Under the pieces are notes generated by a model, which did not search any database, was not told where the DNA came from, and saw only the letters and a program-made list of their open reading frames with translations. A DNA stretch of 64,000 nucleotides from Gemmatimonadota bacterium (GTDB taxonomy: Bacteria > Gemmatimonadota > Gemmatimonadetes > Gemmatimonadales > GWC2-71-9), in NCBI GenBank assembly GCA_025361465.1, contig JANYAG010000025.1, forward strand, positions 1,820-65,819. Direction: 5' to 3'. Each line of letters starts with the position of its first letter. Positions within the stretch are counted from its first letter, which is position 1. This document shows positions 48,938-58,437 of the stretch, in pieces. Position numbers and translations under genes: made by a program.

Positions 48938-49786
48938 ATGGACCGCCGAACGTTCGTTGGTGCCCTGGGTGCCGCCGGGGCCGCGTCCCTGCTTCCACTC
49001 GGCAACGACCTCTTCGCGCTGGAGAAGATCGAGCGCATCGGCGTGCAACTCTATACCGTCCGCGATCGCCTGAAGGCGAGTGTCGAGAAGACCCTTGCCG
49101 AGGTGGCGGGCCTCGGATTCAAGGAGGTCGAGTTCTACGGCGGCACCGGCGGCTACTTCAACCGACCTCCCCGAGCGATCCGCCAACTGCTCGACCGCAA
49201 CGGACTGGCCTCGCCCGCGGCCCATCTGGGGATGAAGGAAATCCGCGGTTCGTGGAACCGGACCCTCAACGAGGCCGCCGAAATCGGCCAGAAGTGGCTC
49301 GTGATCGCCTCCCTGGACGATGCCGATCGAAGTTCGATCGACGCCATCAAACGTACGGCCGACATCATCCACAAGGCGGCGGAGGACGCCAAGATCTACA
49401 AGATCAAGGTGGCCTACCACAATCACGAGACCGAATTCCGGCAAGTCGAAGGGCGCCGGGTCTTTGACGTCCTGCTTGAGGCGACCTCGCCCGAGACCCT
49501 CCAGGTCGAAATGGACATCTACTGGATCACCAAGGGTGGTGGGGACCCATTGGAGTACTTCAAGAAGTGGCCGGGGCGCTTCCCGATGGTCCATGTCAAG
49601 GACGCCGGCCCGCCGCCAGGCTACGAGATGCGCGATGTCGGCAAGGGCACCATCAAATGGGCGGAGCTTTTCGCCAAGCACAAAGAGGCTGGGATCAAGC
49701 ACTATTTCGTCGAACACGACGACCCACCCGATCCGATCGCGAGCATCAAGGCGAGCTACGAGTACTTGAGGAAGCTGAGATTCTAG
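48938..49786 (+). CDS. Xylose-isomerase-like TIM-barrel protein (sugar phosphate isomerase/epimerase family) with Tat signal
   Basis: ATG at 48938. MDRRTFVGALGAAGAASLLPLG twin-arginine signal. ...YHNHETEF... metal-site motif. Confidence 0.8.
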   Translation: MDRRTFVGALGAAGAASLLPLGNDLFALEKIERIGVQLYTVRDRLKASVEKTLAEVAGLGFKEVEFYGGTGGYFNRPPRAIRQLLDRNGLASPAAHLGMKEIRGSWNRTLNEAAEIGQKWLVIASLDDADRSSIDAIKRTADIIHKAAEDAKIYKIKVAYHNHETEFRQVEGRRVFDVLLEATSPETLQVEMDIYWITKGGGDPLEYFKKWPGRFPMVHVKDAGPPPGYEMRDVGKGTIKWAELFAKHKEAGIKHYFVEHDDPPDPIASIKASYEYLRKLRF

Positions 49787-49794
49787 CAGGGACA

Positions 49795-49815
49795 GGTTGA
49801 TGGTGATTGGTAACG
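49795..49815 (+). repeat. Three-unit heptad array (GGTNANN)
   Basis: GGTTGAT GGTGATT GGTAACG starts 9 nt after the stop at 49784-86. Confidence 0.45.
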
Positions 49816-49919
49816 AGAAGTAGATCTGGAGCTTGACCGTAACAAGTTGGCTGAAAAAGACTTATTTGTCATAGTACTTATTGCAACTACTAACCATTCC
49901 CAGCCAAGGATCCGAGCCC

Positions 49920-51620
49920 ATGAGTTCCCCTGAGCGGGTCAAGCGGGACGTCTTCGATGTCTGCATCGTGGGTTCTGGAGCCGGTGGCGGGATGGCGGCA
50001 CACGAACTGACCAAGGCCGGCGCCCGGGTGATCCTGCTTGAGGCCGGTGGGAAGTGGGACAACGCGACCGATTCGCACATGCTCAAATGGCCCTACGAGA
50101 CCGCCCGGCGGGGCGGCAGTTCACCGGAGCGGCCCTTTGGCGAGCACGACGCCTGCATCGGCGGATGGAACCTCCCAGGTGAGCCATTCACGACCGCCGC
50201 AGGGAGCAAGTTCCAGTGGTGGCGGGCCCGGATGCTCGGCGGTCGCACCAATCACTGGGGTCGCATCTCGCTGCGGTTCGGCCCCGACGACTTCAAGCAC
50301 AAGTCGGTGGATGGCCTGGGCGACGATTGGCCGATCTCCTACAAGGACCTGGCGCCGTACTACGACGATGTGGATCGGCTGGTGGGGATCTTCGGCAGCA
50401 AGGAGGGGATGCGGAACCATCCGGACGGCATCTTCCTGCCGCCGCCAACGCCGCGGTGCTGGGAGCACCTCGTCAAGAAGGCCGCCGACAAGCAGAAGGT
50501 CACCTGCATTCCATCGCGTCTCTCGATCCTGACGCGCCCGCTCAACAACCGGGCGCCGTGTCACTATTGCGGGCAGTGCAACCGCGGCTGCACCATGAAT
50601 GCGAACTTCTCGTCGACGAACGTGCTGGTGCTGCCGGCGCTGCTCACCGGCAAGCTCACGCTGCGGACCAACGCCATGGTGCGCGAGGTGACGTTGAATG
50701 ATCGCGGACTTGCCGATGGCGTGGTCTACATCGACAGCATGACCGGGAAGGAGAAGCGGGTCGATGCGAAGGTCGTGGTGCTGGCCGCCAGTGCCTGCGA
50801 GACGGCCCGGATTCTCCTCAACTCGACGTCGGCGAAGTTCCCGCAGGGGCTGGCCAACTCGAGCGGACTGGTGGGCAAGTACCTCACCGACACGACTGGC
50901 ACCGATGTTGGCGGTTTCGTGCCCGCGCTGATGGACATGCCGCGCCACAACTGCGACGGGGTCGGCGGCGCTCACCTCTACATGCCGTGGTGGCTGGACA
51001 ACAAGAAGCTCGATTTCCCGCGTGGCTATCACATCGAGATCTGGGGCGGGCTCGACATGCCGAGCGCCGGCTTCATGGGCGGGATCCAGAATCTCCCCGG
51101 TGGCGGAGGGTATGGGGCCTCGCTGAAGGCCGACTACCGCAAGTACTACGGCACCAACGTCGGTTTCTCGGGACGGGGCGAGATGATTCCCAACGAGAAG
51201 TCCTTCTGCGAACTCGACCCCGAGGCGAAGGACAAGTACGGCATTCCCGTGCTGCGCTTCCACTGGGAATGGAGCGATCACGAGTACCTGCAGGTCAAGC
51301 ACATGCAGGAGACGTTCCGGGCGCTGCTCCAGGAGATGGGCGCCGAGGTCCATTCCCCGATGCCGACCAGGGAACGTGGCTACGGCATCGCCACAGGCGG
51401 ATCGATCATCCACGAGCTCGGTTGCGTGCGCATGGGCGACAATTCCAATACCAGCGTGCTCAACCAGCATTGCCAGGCGTGGGACTGCAAGAATCTCTTT
51501 GTCGCCGATGGGGGACCGTTCGTCTCCCAGGCGGACAAGAACCCGACCTGGACCATCCTTGCGCTTTCGATGCGCACGTCCCGCTTCATTGCACAGCAGC
51601 GGAAAGGAGGCCAGCTGTGA
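49920..51620 (+). CDS. GMC-family FAD oxidoreductase (large subunit)
   Basis: ATG at 49920. DVCIVGSGAGGGMAAHELTKAG (GxGxxG). C-terminal GMC active-site region (..HELGCVRMG..). No signal peptide of its own. Confidence 0.85.
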   Translation: MSSPERVKRDVFDVCIVGSGAGGGMAAHELTKAGARVILLEAGGKWDNATDSHMLKWPYETARRGGSSPERPFGEHDACIGGWNLPGEPFTTAAGSKFQWWRARMLGGRTNHWGRISLRFGPDDFKHKSVDGLGDDWPISYKDLAPYYDDVDRLVGIFGSKEGMRNHPDGIFLPPPTPRCWEHLVKKAADKQKVTCIPSRLSILTRPLNNRAPCHYCGQCNRGCTMNANFSSTNVLVLPALLTGKLTLRTNAMVREVTLNDRGLADGVVYIDSMTGKEKRVDAKVVVLAASACETARILLNSTSAKFPQGLANSSGLVGKYLTDTTGTDVGGFVPALMDMPRHNCDGVGGAHLYMPWWLDNKKLDFPRGYHIEIWGGLDMPSAGFMGGIQNLPGGGGYGASLKADYRKYYGTNVGFSGRGEMIPNEKSFCELDPEAKDKYGIPVLRFHWEWSDHEYLQVKHMQETFRALLQEMGAEVHSPMPTRERGYGIATGGSIIHELGCVRMGDNSNTSVLNQHCQAWDCKNLFVADGGPFVSQADKNPTWTILALSMRTSRFIAQQRKGGQL

Positions 51621-52243
51621 GTGACGACGTCCTGGACGCCGCTGCCGGCCATGAGCTGAGCCGGCGCGACATGCTCTCGACGATGGGCAGCATCGCCGCG
51701 GGCACCTTCATCATGTCGCCGCACATGCAGCAGGCGATGGAACACGCCATGGCCGCGGTGGCGGCGGCGAAGACCGGGGTTGCCTATCAGCCGAAGAACT
51801 TCCTGCCGCAGGAATGGGAGACGGTCCGGATGCTGGTGGACTACATCATCCCGCGCGACGGTCACAGCGGGAGTGCCACGGAAGCCGGCGTGCCGGAGTT
51901 CATGGACGTCATGCTGGGGCTCGAGACCAGCCTGATTGCGCGGCACCGGGCCGGCCTGACCTGGCTCGACACCGAGTGCATCAATCGCTACGGCAAGTTC
52001 TTCACCTACTGCACCGATCCACAGCGCCGACAGGTGCTCGACGACATTGCCTGGCCGACGAAGGCCCGCCGCGAAATGATGCCCGGGGTGACCTGGTTCA
52101 ATTCGTTCCGTGACTTCACCGCCAGCGGTTTCTATACCTCGAAGATCGGCATCAAGGACATCGGTTATCTCGGAAACACCGGAATGGCAGCATGGACCGG
52201 GTGTCCACCGGCCGCGGTGCGACGGGCGGTGCGCGGCCAATGA
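51617..52243 (+). CDS. Gluconate 2-dehydrogenase subunit-3-family small subunit with Tat signal
   Basis: GTG at 51617 overlaps the GMC stop (GTGA). SRRDMLSTMGSIAAGTF twin-arginine motif. ..ATEAGVPEFMD.. is typical of the family. Confidence 0.75.
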   Translation: MSDDVLDAAAGHELSRRDMLSTMGSIAAGTFIMSPHMQQAMEHAMAAVAAAKTGVAYQPKNFLPQEWETVRMLVDYIIPRDGHSGSATEAGVPEFMDVMLGLETSLIARHRAGLTWLDTECINRYGKFFTYCTDPQRRQVLDDIAWPTKARREMMPGVTWFNSFRDFTASGFYTSKIGIKDIGYLGNTGMAAWTGCPPAAVRRAVRGQ

Positions 52244-53481
52244 AACCGACCAGACTCGGGGTGGGCTTTGTCGGCGCTGGCTTCAATGCCCGCTTTCACA
52301 TCACCGGCTGGACCGGGGTGCGCGACGGCGACGTTCGAGGCATCTGGAGTCCCGACCAGAAGGGCGCGGCGTCGGCCGCGAGCCTGGCCCGCGGCCTTGG
52401 CGTGGGTGCCGCGAAGGCCTATCGCTCGATCGCCGAGATGGTGGCCGATCCGGCGATCGATGCCATCTGGCTCTGTGGGCCAAACCATGCGCGGATCGAA
52501 AACGTCGAGGAGATCTGCGAGGCGGTGGTTCGCGGCAAGGGCACGCTGCGCGGCATCGCCTGCGAGAAGCCGCTGGCGCGCAATGTTGCCGACGCGAAGG
52601 AGGTGCTCCGCCTGATGACCAAGGCGGGGATTGCGCACGGATATCTCGAGAATCAGCTGTTCTCGCCGGGGCTGGTCCGCGGCCGCGACCTGATCTGGGC
52701 CCGCGGAGCGAAAACCACTGGCCGGCCGTATCTCGCCCGGGCCGCCGAGGAACATTCGGGGCCACACAACGCCTGGTTCTGGCAGGGTGAGCAACAGGGT
52801 GGCGGAGTGCTCAATGACATGATGTGCCACTCGGCCGAGGTGGTGCGCTTCCTGCTCACCGAACCGGGGAAGCCCCGCACCTCCCTCAAGCCGGTTGCCA
52901 TCAACGGCCGGATCGCCTCACTCAAGTGGAGTCGGCCGGAGTATGTCAAGCAGTTGAAGGCGCGGTACGGGAAAGGTGTCGACTACAGCAAGCGGCCGTC
53001 GGAGGATTTCGCGTCGGTGACCATCACCTATCAGGACGCCAAGGGGAATACGGTGATTGGCGAGGCAACCACGTCGTGGAGTTTCGTCGGACCCGGACTG
53101 CGGCTCTCCGGTGAGCTGCTTGGGCCGGAGTACTCGATGAACTGGAACACGCTCAACTCCGAGCTGTCATGCTTCTTCTCGCGCGAGGTGCAGGGCGCCG
53201 CGGGTGAAGACCTGGTCGAGAAGCAGAACGCCGAAATGGGATTGATGCCGGTGGTGCCGGATGAGGCCGCGACATATGGGTATGTCGCCGAAGACCGGCA
53301 CTTCGTCCGCGCCTTCCTTGGGCTTGAGAAGCCGCTGCTCACCTTCCAGGATGGGGTCGAAGTGATGCAGGTCCTGATGACGGCGTACATGAGCGCTGAA
53401 CAGGGCAAGACACTCGCGTTTCCGCCGCGCGGGCTCGATCAGTTCATCCCGGCGGTAGCGAAGGGCACATGGCGACCCTGA
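52240..53481 (+). CDS. Gfo/Idh/MocA-family NAD(P)-dependent oxidoreductase
   Basis: ATG at 52240 overlaps the previous stop (ATGA). GVGFVGAGFNARFH Rossmann N-terminus. 413 aa. Confidence 0.85.
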   Translation: MKPTRLGVGFVGAGFNARFHITGWTGVRDGDVRGIWSPDQKGAASAASLARGLGVGAAKAYRSIAEMVADPAIDAIWLCGPNHARIENVEEICEAVVRGKGTLRGIACEKPLARNVADAKEVLRLMTKAGIAHGYLENQLFSPGLVRGRDLIWARGAKTTGRPYLARAAEEHSGPHNAWFWQGEQQGGGVLNDMMCHSAEVVRFLLTEPGKPRTSLKPVAINGRIASLKWSRPEYVKQLKARYGKGVDYSKRPSEDFASVTITYQDAKGNTVIGEATTSWSFVGPGLRLSGELLGPEYSMNWNTLNSELSCFFSREVQGAAGEDLVEKQNAEMGLMPVVPDEAATYGYVAEDRHFVRAFLGLEKPLLTFQDGVEVMQVLMTAYMSAEQGKTLAFPPRGLDQFIPAVAKGTWRP

Positions 53482-53513
53482 CACGACGCGGCGCGGCACC
53501 GATCCCGCATGAG

Positions 53514-53849
53514 ATGACCAGCACGACTTTTGACGTTCCGGGGTACTACGTGACGCAGTCGCTGGGGCTGGTGCGCGGCATCGTGGTGCGGTCGCGCTCG
53601 ATCTTCGGCAACATCGGCGCCGGGGTCCAGATGATCTTCGGCGGGAACATCACCATCTTCACCTCGATGTGCGAACTCGCTCGCGAGAACGCCTACGATA
53701 TCATGTTGGGGCAGGCCCAGCATGTCGGCGCCAACGCCGTGATCGGCGTGCGGTACGATGCCACCGAGATCATGCGGGGTGTTACCGAAGTGCTCTGCTA
53801 TGGCACGGCGGTGGTGGTGGAGGAGGCGGCGCCTCCCGATCATGCCTGA
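53514..53849 (+). CDS. YbjQ/UPF0145-family protein
   Basis: ATG at 53514 gives 111 aa (MTSTTFDVPGYYVTQSLGLVRGIVVRS..ANAVIGVRYD..), the typical family size. The track start at 53469 overlaps the previous gene. Confidence 0.8.
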   Translation: MTSTTFDVPGYYVTQSLGLVRGIVVRSRSIFGNIGAGVQMIFGGNITIFTSMCELARENAYDIMLGQAQHVGANAVIGVRYDATEIMRGVTEVLCYGTAVVVEEAAPPDHA

Positions 53850-54312
53850 GGCGGTGGCGGGCCGGCTGCTCGCACTCTGGCGGCGACTCGAGCCACTTCC
53901 CGGCGGGAAGTGGCTCTTTGCGCGGCTGCTCGGTCGGTCTGTTCCCTACACCGGATCGATCGGGGCACGAATCGAAACCCTCGAGCCCGGGCGTGCGCGG
54001 GTGTCGCTGCGCGACCATCGCGCCATACGCAATCATCTCAACAGCATTCATGCCATTGCGCTCGCCAATCTCGGTGAGGTCGCCACCGGTCTCGCGATGC
54101 TGACGGCGGCGACCAGCGCCCGGGGCATCCTGGTGGGTATGCAGATCGAGTACCGCAAGAAGGCGCGCGGAACGCTGATCGCCGAATGCACCGCCACGCC
54201 GCCCGAGGTCACTGAGCCCGTCGATATCCAGGTGTCGGCGCCGATCGTTGACACGGCTGGCGACACCGTGGCTGTGGTCACGGCGACCTGGCGGCTGGCG
54301 CCTCCCGTCTGA
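53842..54312 (+). CDS. Hotdog-fold thioesterase-like protein (DUF4442/PaaI-like)
   Basis: ATG at 53842. ..RNHLNSIHAIALANLGEVATG.. is typical of PaaI-type hotdog proteins. Confidence 0.65.
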   Translation: MPEAVAGRLLALWRRLEPLPGGKWLFARLLGRSVPYTGSIGARIETLEPGRARVSLRDHRAIRNHLNSIHAIALANLGEVATGLAMLTAATSARGILVGMQIEYRKKARGTLIAECTATPPEVTEPVDIQVSAPIVDTAGDTVAVVTATWRLAPPV

Positions 54313-55322
54313 TGGACACTCCCCTGACGCGTGATGCCAGTATCCGGGTTCCGTTGATCTGCGGTGCGATGTACCCCTGCTCCAATCCCGAACTGGTTGC
54401 CGCGGCCTCCGAGGCGGGCGGCATCGGCATCGTGCAGCCGATCGCGCTCACCTACGTGCACGGCCACGAGTATCGGGCCGGCCTCCAACTGATCAAGTCG
54501 CTGACGTCGAAGCCCTTCGGCATGAACGCATTGATCGAAGACTCCTCGAGCAGCTACCGGAAGCGGATGGAGCAGTGGGTCGCGATCGCATTGGAGGAAG
54601 GAGTGCGGTTCTTCGTGACGTCGCTCGGGAATCCGAAGTGGGTGGTACGGATGGTCGAGCCGTTCGGAGGGATCGTCTACCACGACGTGACCGAGCGGAA
54701 GTGGGCCGAGAAAAGCGCGGCCAACGGTGCGAAGGGACTCATCGCGGTCAATCGCCGGGCTGGTGGACACGCGGGTGGAAAGGGTGCCGACGAGCTGCTT
54801 GACGAATTGAGCGCGCTCGGATTGCCGGTTGTCGCTGCTGGAGGAGTCGGGACGGCGGCGGAATTCCGCGCCATGCTCGACCTGGGATACGCCGGGGTCC
54901 AGTGTGGCACCCGCTTCATCGCCACCGTCGAGTGCCTGGCCAGCCAGCCGTACAAACAGGCAATCTTGGCGGCAACGGAAACCGACATCGTGCTCTCGGA
55001 GCGGATTTCCGGTGTACCGGTGGCGGTCATCCGGACACCGCGGATCGACCGGATGGGACTGCGCGCGGGGCCGTTCGCCCGGTGGATGCTGCGCGGCCAC
55101 CGTCGCAAGCGCTGGATGCGGATCTGGTTCGCGCTGCGCTCGATCCGTCAGCTCAAGCTCGCGTCCCTCGATCCCAAGGGAGGGGACGAGTACTGGCAGG
55201 CAGGGAAGAGTGTCGCCGGGATCACCACGGTCGAACCCGCGGGGGAAATCGTCAGGTGCTTTGAGGGAGAATTGGGGTCACCTAAGTCGGAAATAGCGCC
55301 GACCGATACTAGGCGAGCCTGA
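54312..55322 (+). CDS. Nitronate monooxygenase / NAD(P)H-dependent flavin oxidoreductase family
   Basis: 336 aa. IRVPLICGAMYPCSNPELVAAASEAGGIGIV N-terminus. TGATG overlap with the upstream gene. Confidence 0.8.
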   Translation: MDTPLTRDASIRVPLICGAMYPCSNPELVAAASEAGGIGIVQPIALTYVHGHEYRAGLQLIKSLTSKPFGMNALIEDSSSSYRKRMEQWVAIALEEGVRFFVTSLGNPKWVVRMVEPFGGIVYHDVTERKWAEKSAANGAKGLIAVNRRAGGHAGGKGADELLDELSALGLPVVAAGGVGTAAEFRAMLDLGYAGVQCGTRFIATVECLASQPYKQAILAATETDIVLSERISGVPVAVIRTPRIDRMGLRAGPFARWMLRGHRRKRWMRIWFALRSIRQLKLASLDPKGGDEYWQAGKSVAGITTVEPAGEIVRCFEGELGSPKSEIAPTDTRRA

Positions 55323-55381
55323 ACTCCGTTCCCGGCAAGGGGTCAAGTGGAGATGAGGGCGACCTGCCAGGGGAGTGCCCA

Positions 55382-55645
55382 ATGTCTCACACCTTCCGCC
55401 AACGCATCCGGCAGGCCGCCGGCATCGGCGAACTTGGAGCCGGCATCACCCTCGCTGCCCAGTATTTCATCGGCATGCCGCTGGGGCACCAACCCGAGTG
55501 GCTCGGCGCGGTGGCGTCCACCGCGATCCTCCCAGCACAGTACGTTCTCTTTCCCTTCGCCGGCCCGCTGCAGCGACTCCTGGGCCAGGGCGTGGCGGAG
55601 CTCTGCTTCACACCCAAGCGGGCGCGGTGGCCGATTCCTGATTGA
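55382..55645 (+). CDS. Hypothetical small protein (87 aa)
   Basis: High GC3 ORF with hydrophobic segments. No family recognised. Confidence 0.4.
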   Translation: MSHTFRQRIRQAAGIGELGAGITLAAQYFIGMPLGHQPEWLGAVASTAILPAQYVLFPFAGPLQRLLGQGVAELCFTPKRARWPIPD

Positions 55646-55663
55646 TTGACGACCGATGGTCGA

Positions 55664-56401
55664 TCAATCGATCATCGTCTTCCGGATGGCAAGCAGTCGT
55701 TCCGGGTCGGTCACCGACCGCTCGGTCTCGTCGGTTGGAAGCGGTCGGCGGAACGGCACTGGGTGGTCATGGAAGACCATCCTTTCGCTGACGCGCGAAG
55801 TTCCCCTGACATGGATTTCCCCTACGCCGGTCTCGCGGACGAGATCCACGGCGTTGCGCTCGTCAATGTCGCCGCCTGCCATGATCACGATGCGATCACC
55901 GGCCTGTTGTACCAGCTCGGCGATCAGGGTGCGGCCCTCCCATGCGGTGGCGCGCTGGCCCGAAGTGAGAACGCGGTGCACGCCAAGCCGGATCAGGGTC
56001 TCCAAGGCCTCGTGCGGATCGCGGCAGACATCGAACGCGCGGTGGAAGGTCAGGACGCAATCCTCGGCGACTGCCTGCAGGAGTCCAACGACCTGCTCAT
56101 CGATCTCCCCTGATTTTGTCAATGCGCCGATGACCAGGCCCGGCGCGCCGAGCTCGGCGGCGTGGACGACCTCCCGCTCCATCACGGTGATTTCATCCTC
56201 CGAATAGCAGAAGCTGCCGCCTCGCGGCCGGATGATCGGAAAGACCGGGATCGTCAGTCGCTCGAGTGACAACGCCAGTGCGCCATGACTTGGCGTCGTG
56301 CCACCGTCGGCCAGGTTGTCGCAGAGCTCCACGCGATCGGCACCGCCGACCTGGGCGCAGAGGGCGGACGAATAGGAGTCGACGCAGGCTTCGATGAACA
56401 T
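55664..56401 (-). CDS. cutC: CutC-family (copper homeostasis) TIM-barrel protein
   Basis: 245 aa. MFIEACVDSYSSALCAQVGGADRVELC..L..GGTTPS matches CutC. Confidence 0.85.
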   Translation of the reverse strand: MFIEACVDSYSSALCAQVGGADRVELCDNLADGGTTPSHGALALSLERLTIPVFPIIRPRGGSFCYSEDEITVMEREVVHAAELGAPGLVIGALTKSGEIDEQVVGLLQAVAEDCVLTFHRAFDVCRDPHEALETLIRLGVHRVLTSGQRATAWEGRTLIAELVQQAGDRIVIMAGGDIDERNAVDLVRETGVGEIHVRGTSRVSERMVFHDHPVPFRRPLPTDETERSVTDPERLLAIRKTMID

Positions 56402-56402
56402 G

Positions 56403-57587
56403 TTACGCGGTCGTTGGCTTCGGCCTGAACATCAGCGCAAACAGCGCAAAGATCACCAGTGCGCCGATCGCGGGAACCTGCCAGATCGCGGCCCAGTCAT
56501 GGCCCGTCGCCGTCTTATGTGCGTCAACAATCAATCCGGAGACCCACGATCCGACAAAGTTGCCGACGCCGAGGGTGACCAGGGCAATGAAGCCCTGGGC
56601 CGCGCCGCGGATCCTGGGTCCTGCCTGCTGGTCCACGTAGATCTGCCCGCTCACGAAGAAGAAGTCGTAGCAGACGCCATGCAGCAACAGGCCGATATAG
56701 AGCATCCAGACTCCGTTGCCTGCGTCACCCATGCCGAACAGGAAGTAGCGCGCCGCCCAGGCGAGCATCGCCACCAGCATGATGATCCGGATGCCGAACT
56801 TCCGCAGCAGCACACCGATGGCCAGCATGAAGACGACTTCCGACATCTGTCCCATCGTCATCTTGCCGGCGGCGTTGGCCACACCCACTTCGTTCAGGAA
56901 GAGATTGGCGAACGCGTAGTAGAACTGGAGCGGGATGCAGAGCAGGAACGACCCGATCACGAAGATCAGGAAGGAACGGTCCTTCAGGAGCGCGAGGGCG
57001 TCGAGCCCGAAGGCGTCGCGTGACGAGAATGGCCGGCCGCGTGCCGGCGGTGGTGTGTGCGGCAGCAGGAAGGAGAACAACCCCAGGGCGAGCGAGGCTC
57101 CGGCCGCGATGCGCAGCGGCGTGGCGGTGGCGTCGACACCCAGCTTGCCGAGCAGCAGGCCGACCGCGATCCAGCCAAGGGTGCCGAGGACGCGGATCGA
57201 GCCGAATTCCGCTGCCGCGTCCTTCAGGTGGCTCATGGAAAGCGAGTTGGTGAGGGCGAGTGTCGGCATGTAACAGAGCGCGTAGAGCAGCATGCCGAGG
57301 TACATCGCCTGAAAGCTCGTCTGGGTCGAGACATACCAGAGCAGCGCCGCGCCGATGAGATGAAGGGTCGCCAGCATCTTCTCGGTCGGCAGGAAGCGGT
57401 CGGCGACGGTCCCCATGAAGAACGGCGAGACGATCGCCGCAATGGCAGTGGTGCCGTACATCAACCCGATCTGGGCGCCCTCGAACTTCAGCGTACTGCC
57501 GAGGTAGGTGCCGAGGGTGACCGCCCAGGAGCCCCAGATGAAGTACTGGAGGAACATCATGACCTGCAGCCTGATACGGGCGCTCAT
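56403..57587 (-). CDS. MFS transporter, nucleoside:H+ symporter (NHS) family-like
   Basis: ATG at 57587 ([29 protein letters not shown]...). 12 TM. The start overlaps the upstream stop (ATGA). The track's 147-aa N-terminal extension is spurious. Confidence 0.8.
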   Translation of the reverse strand: MSARIRLQVMMFLQYFIWGSWAVTLGTYLGSTLKFEGAQIGLMYGTTAIAAIVSPFFMGTVADRFLPTEKMLATLHLIGAALLWYVSTQTSFQAMYLGMLLYALCYMPTLALTNSLSMSHLKDAAAEFGSIRVLGTLGWIAVGLLLGKLGVDATATPLRIAAGASLALGLFSFLLPHTPPPARGRPFSSRDAFGLDALALLKDRSFLIFVIGSFLLCIPLQFYYAFANLFLNEVGVANAAGKMTMGQMSEVVFMLAIGVLLRKFGIRIIMLVAMLAWAARYFLFGMGDAGNGVWMLYIGLLLHGVCYDFFFVSGQIYVDQQAGPRIRGAAQGFIALVTLGVGNFVGSWVSGLIVDAHKTATGHDWAAIWQVPAIGALVIFALFALMFRPKPTTA

Positions 57588-58345
57588 CGGGGGTACTCCC
57601 TCTCCCTGGACTCCTTCAGCTTGATGTTGCGGAACCAGACGGTGCCGTTGTGGTCCTGCAGGGCGAGATGGCCGCGGCGTGCCAACCCGAAGGTCTCCCA
57701 CTGCTTGAATTTGCTGGCTGCGATCTTCGCCTTCATCTCCTTGGAGTCGAAATTGACGTCCACAATCTTCACGCCGTTGAGCCAATGCTGCACCTTCGAC
57801 CCATGGGTGACGATGATCGACGTGTTCCACTCGCCGACGGGCTTGACGAGGTTCTGCGGTGCCGGATACAGGCCATAGAGCGCACCGGCCGAGGTGAGCG
57901 GCGACTTGCCATCGTCGTGGCCGACATTGTCGAGGAGCTGCATCTCGGGTGCGTTCATGTAGATCGCGTCGGTTCCCTCGTTGCCCCAGTAGAAGACGCC
58001 GCTGTTGCCGCCCGGCGAAATTTTCCATTCGAGCTCGAGCTCAAAGGTGTCATACTGCAGGTCGCTGACGAGGTCTCCCGAGGGCCCGGTGCGGACGATG
58101 GCACCGTCCTTCGCGGCCCATCCCGACGTGATACCGGGGGACTGCTTGTAGGTATGCCAGCCGTTCAGGGTGGTGCCGTCGAAGAGCAGCACCCATCCCG
58201 CGCGTTGTTCGGCTGGCGTCAGCGTGTTCGGGCCCGTGGGCACCGGAATGGCTGGCTGGGCGGGAGGAGGCGGGGCATGGCCGGCACAGGCGGCCGTCAG
58301 GAGGACGGCGAGCAACGCAGCGCGAGCGAGCGCTCGACGGGACAT
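57584..58345 (-). CDS. DUF1080 (3-keto-disaccharide hydrolase domain) lipoprotein/secreted protein
   Basis: ATG at 58345. Signal plus lipobox-like LLTAAC. ..NSGVFYW.. and ..[21 protein letters not shown] are typical DUF1080 motifs. Confidence 0.85.
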   Translation of the reverse strand: MSRRALARAALLAVLLTAACAGHAPPPPAQPAIPVPTGPNTLTPAEQRAGWVLLFDGTTLNGWHTYKQSPGITSGWAAKDGAIVRTGPSGDLVSDLQYDTFELELEWKISPGGNSGVFYWGNEGTDAIYMNAPEMQLLDNVGHDDGKSPLTSAGALYGLYPAPQNLVKPVGEWNTSIIVTHGSKVQHWLNGVKIVDVNFDSKEMKAKIAASKFKQWETFGLARRGHLALQDHNGTVWFRNIKLKESREREYPR

Positions 58346-58437
58346 GGTCTTGCCTCGGAGAGTAAAGGAGAAGAAAGGTCGCCAAAGGTTACGGCGTTCC
58401 CGGGGCCATGAAAAGGGTCCAGCCCCGGGGGTGCCCA

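Noticed and set aside
55654-55677. 24-nt near-palindrome CGATGGTCGATCAATCGATCATCG at the convergent junction before cutC, with loose GAT 7-nt spacing. Considered as another member of the heptad family.
   Set aside because: The periodicity is weak, and the sequence is adequately explained as a short bidirectional terminator-like palindrome overlapping the cutC stop.
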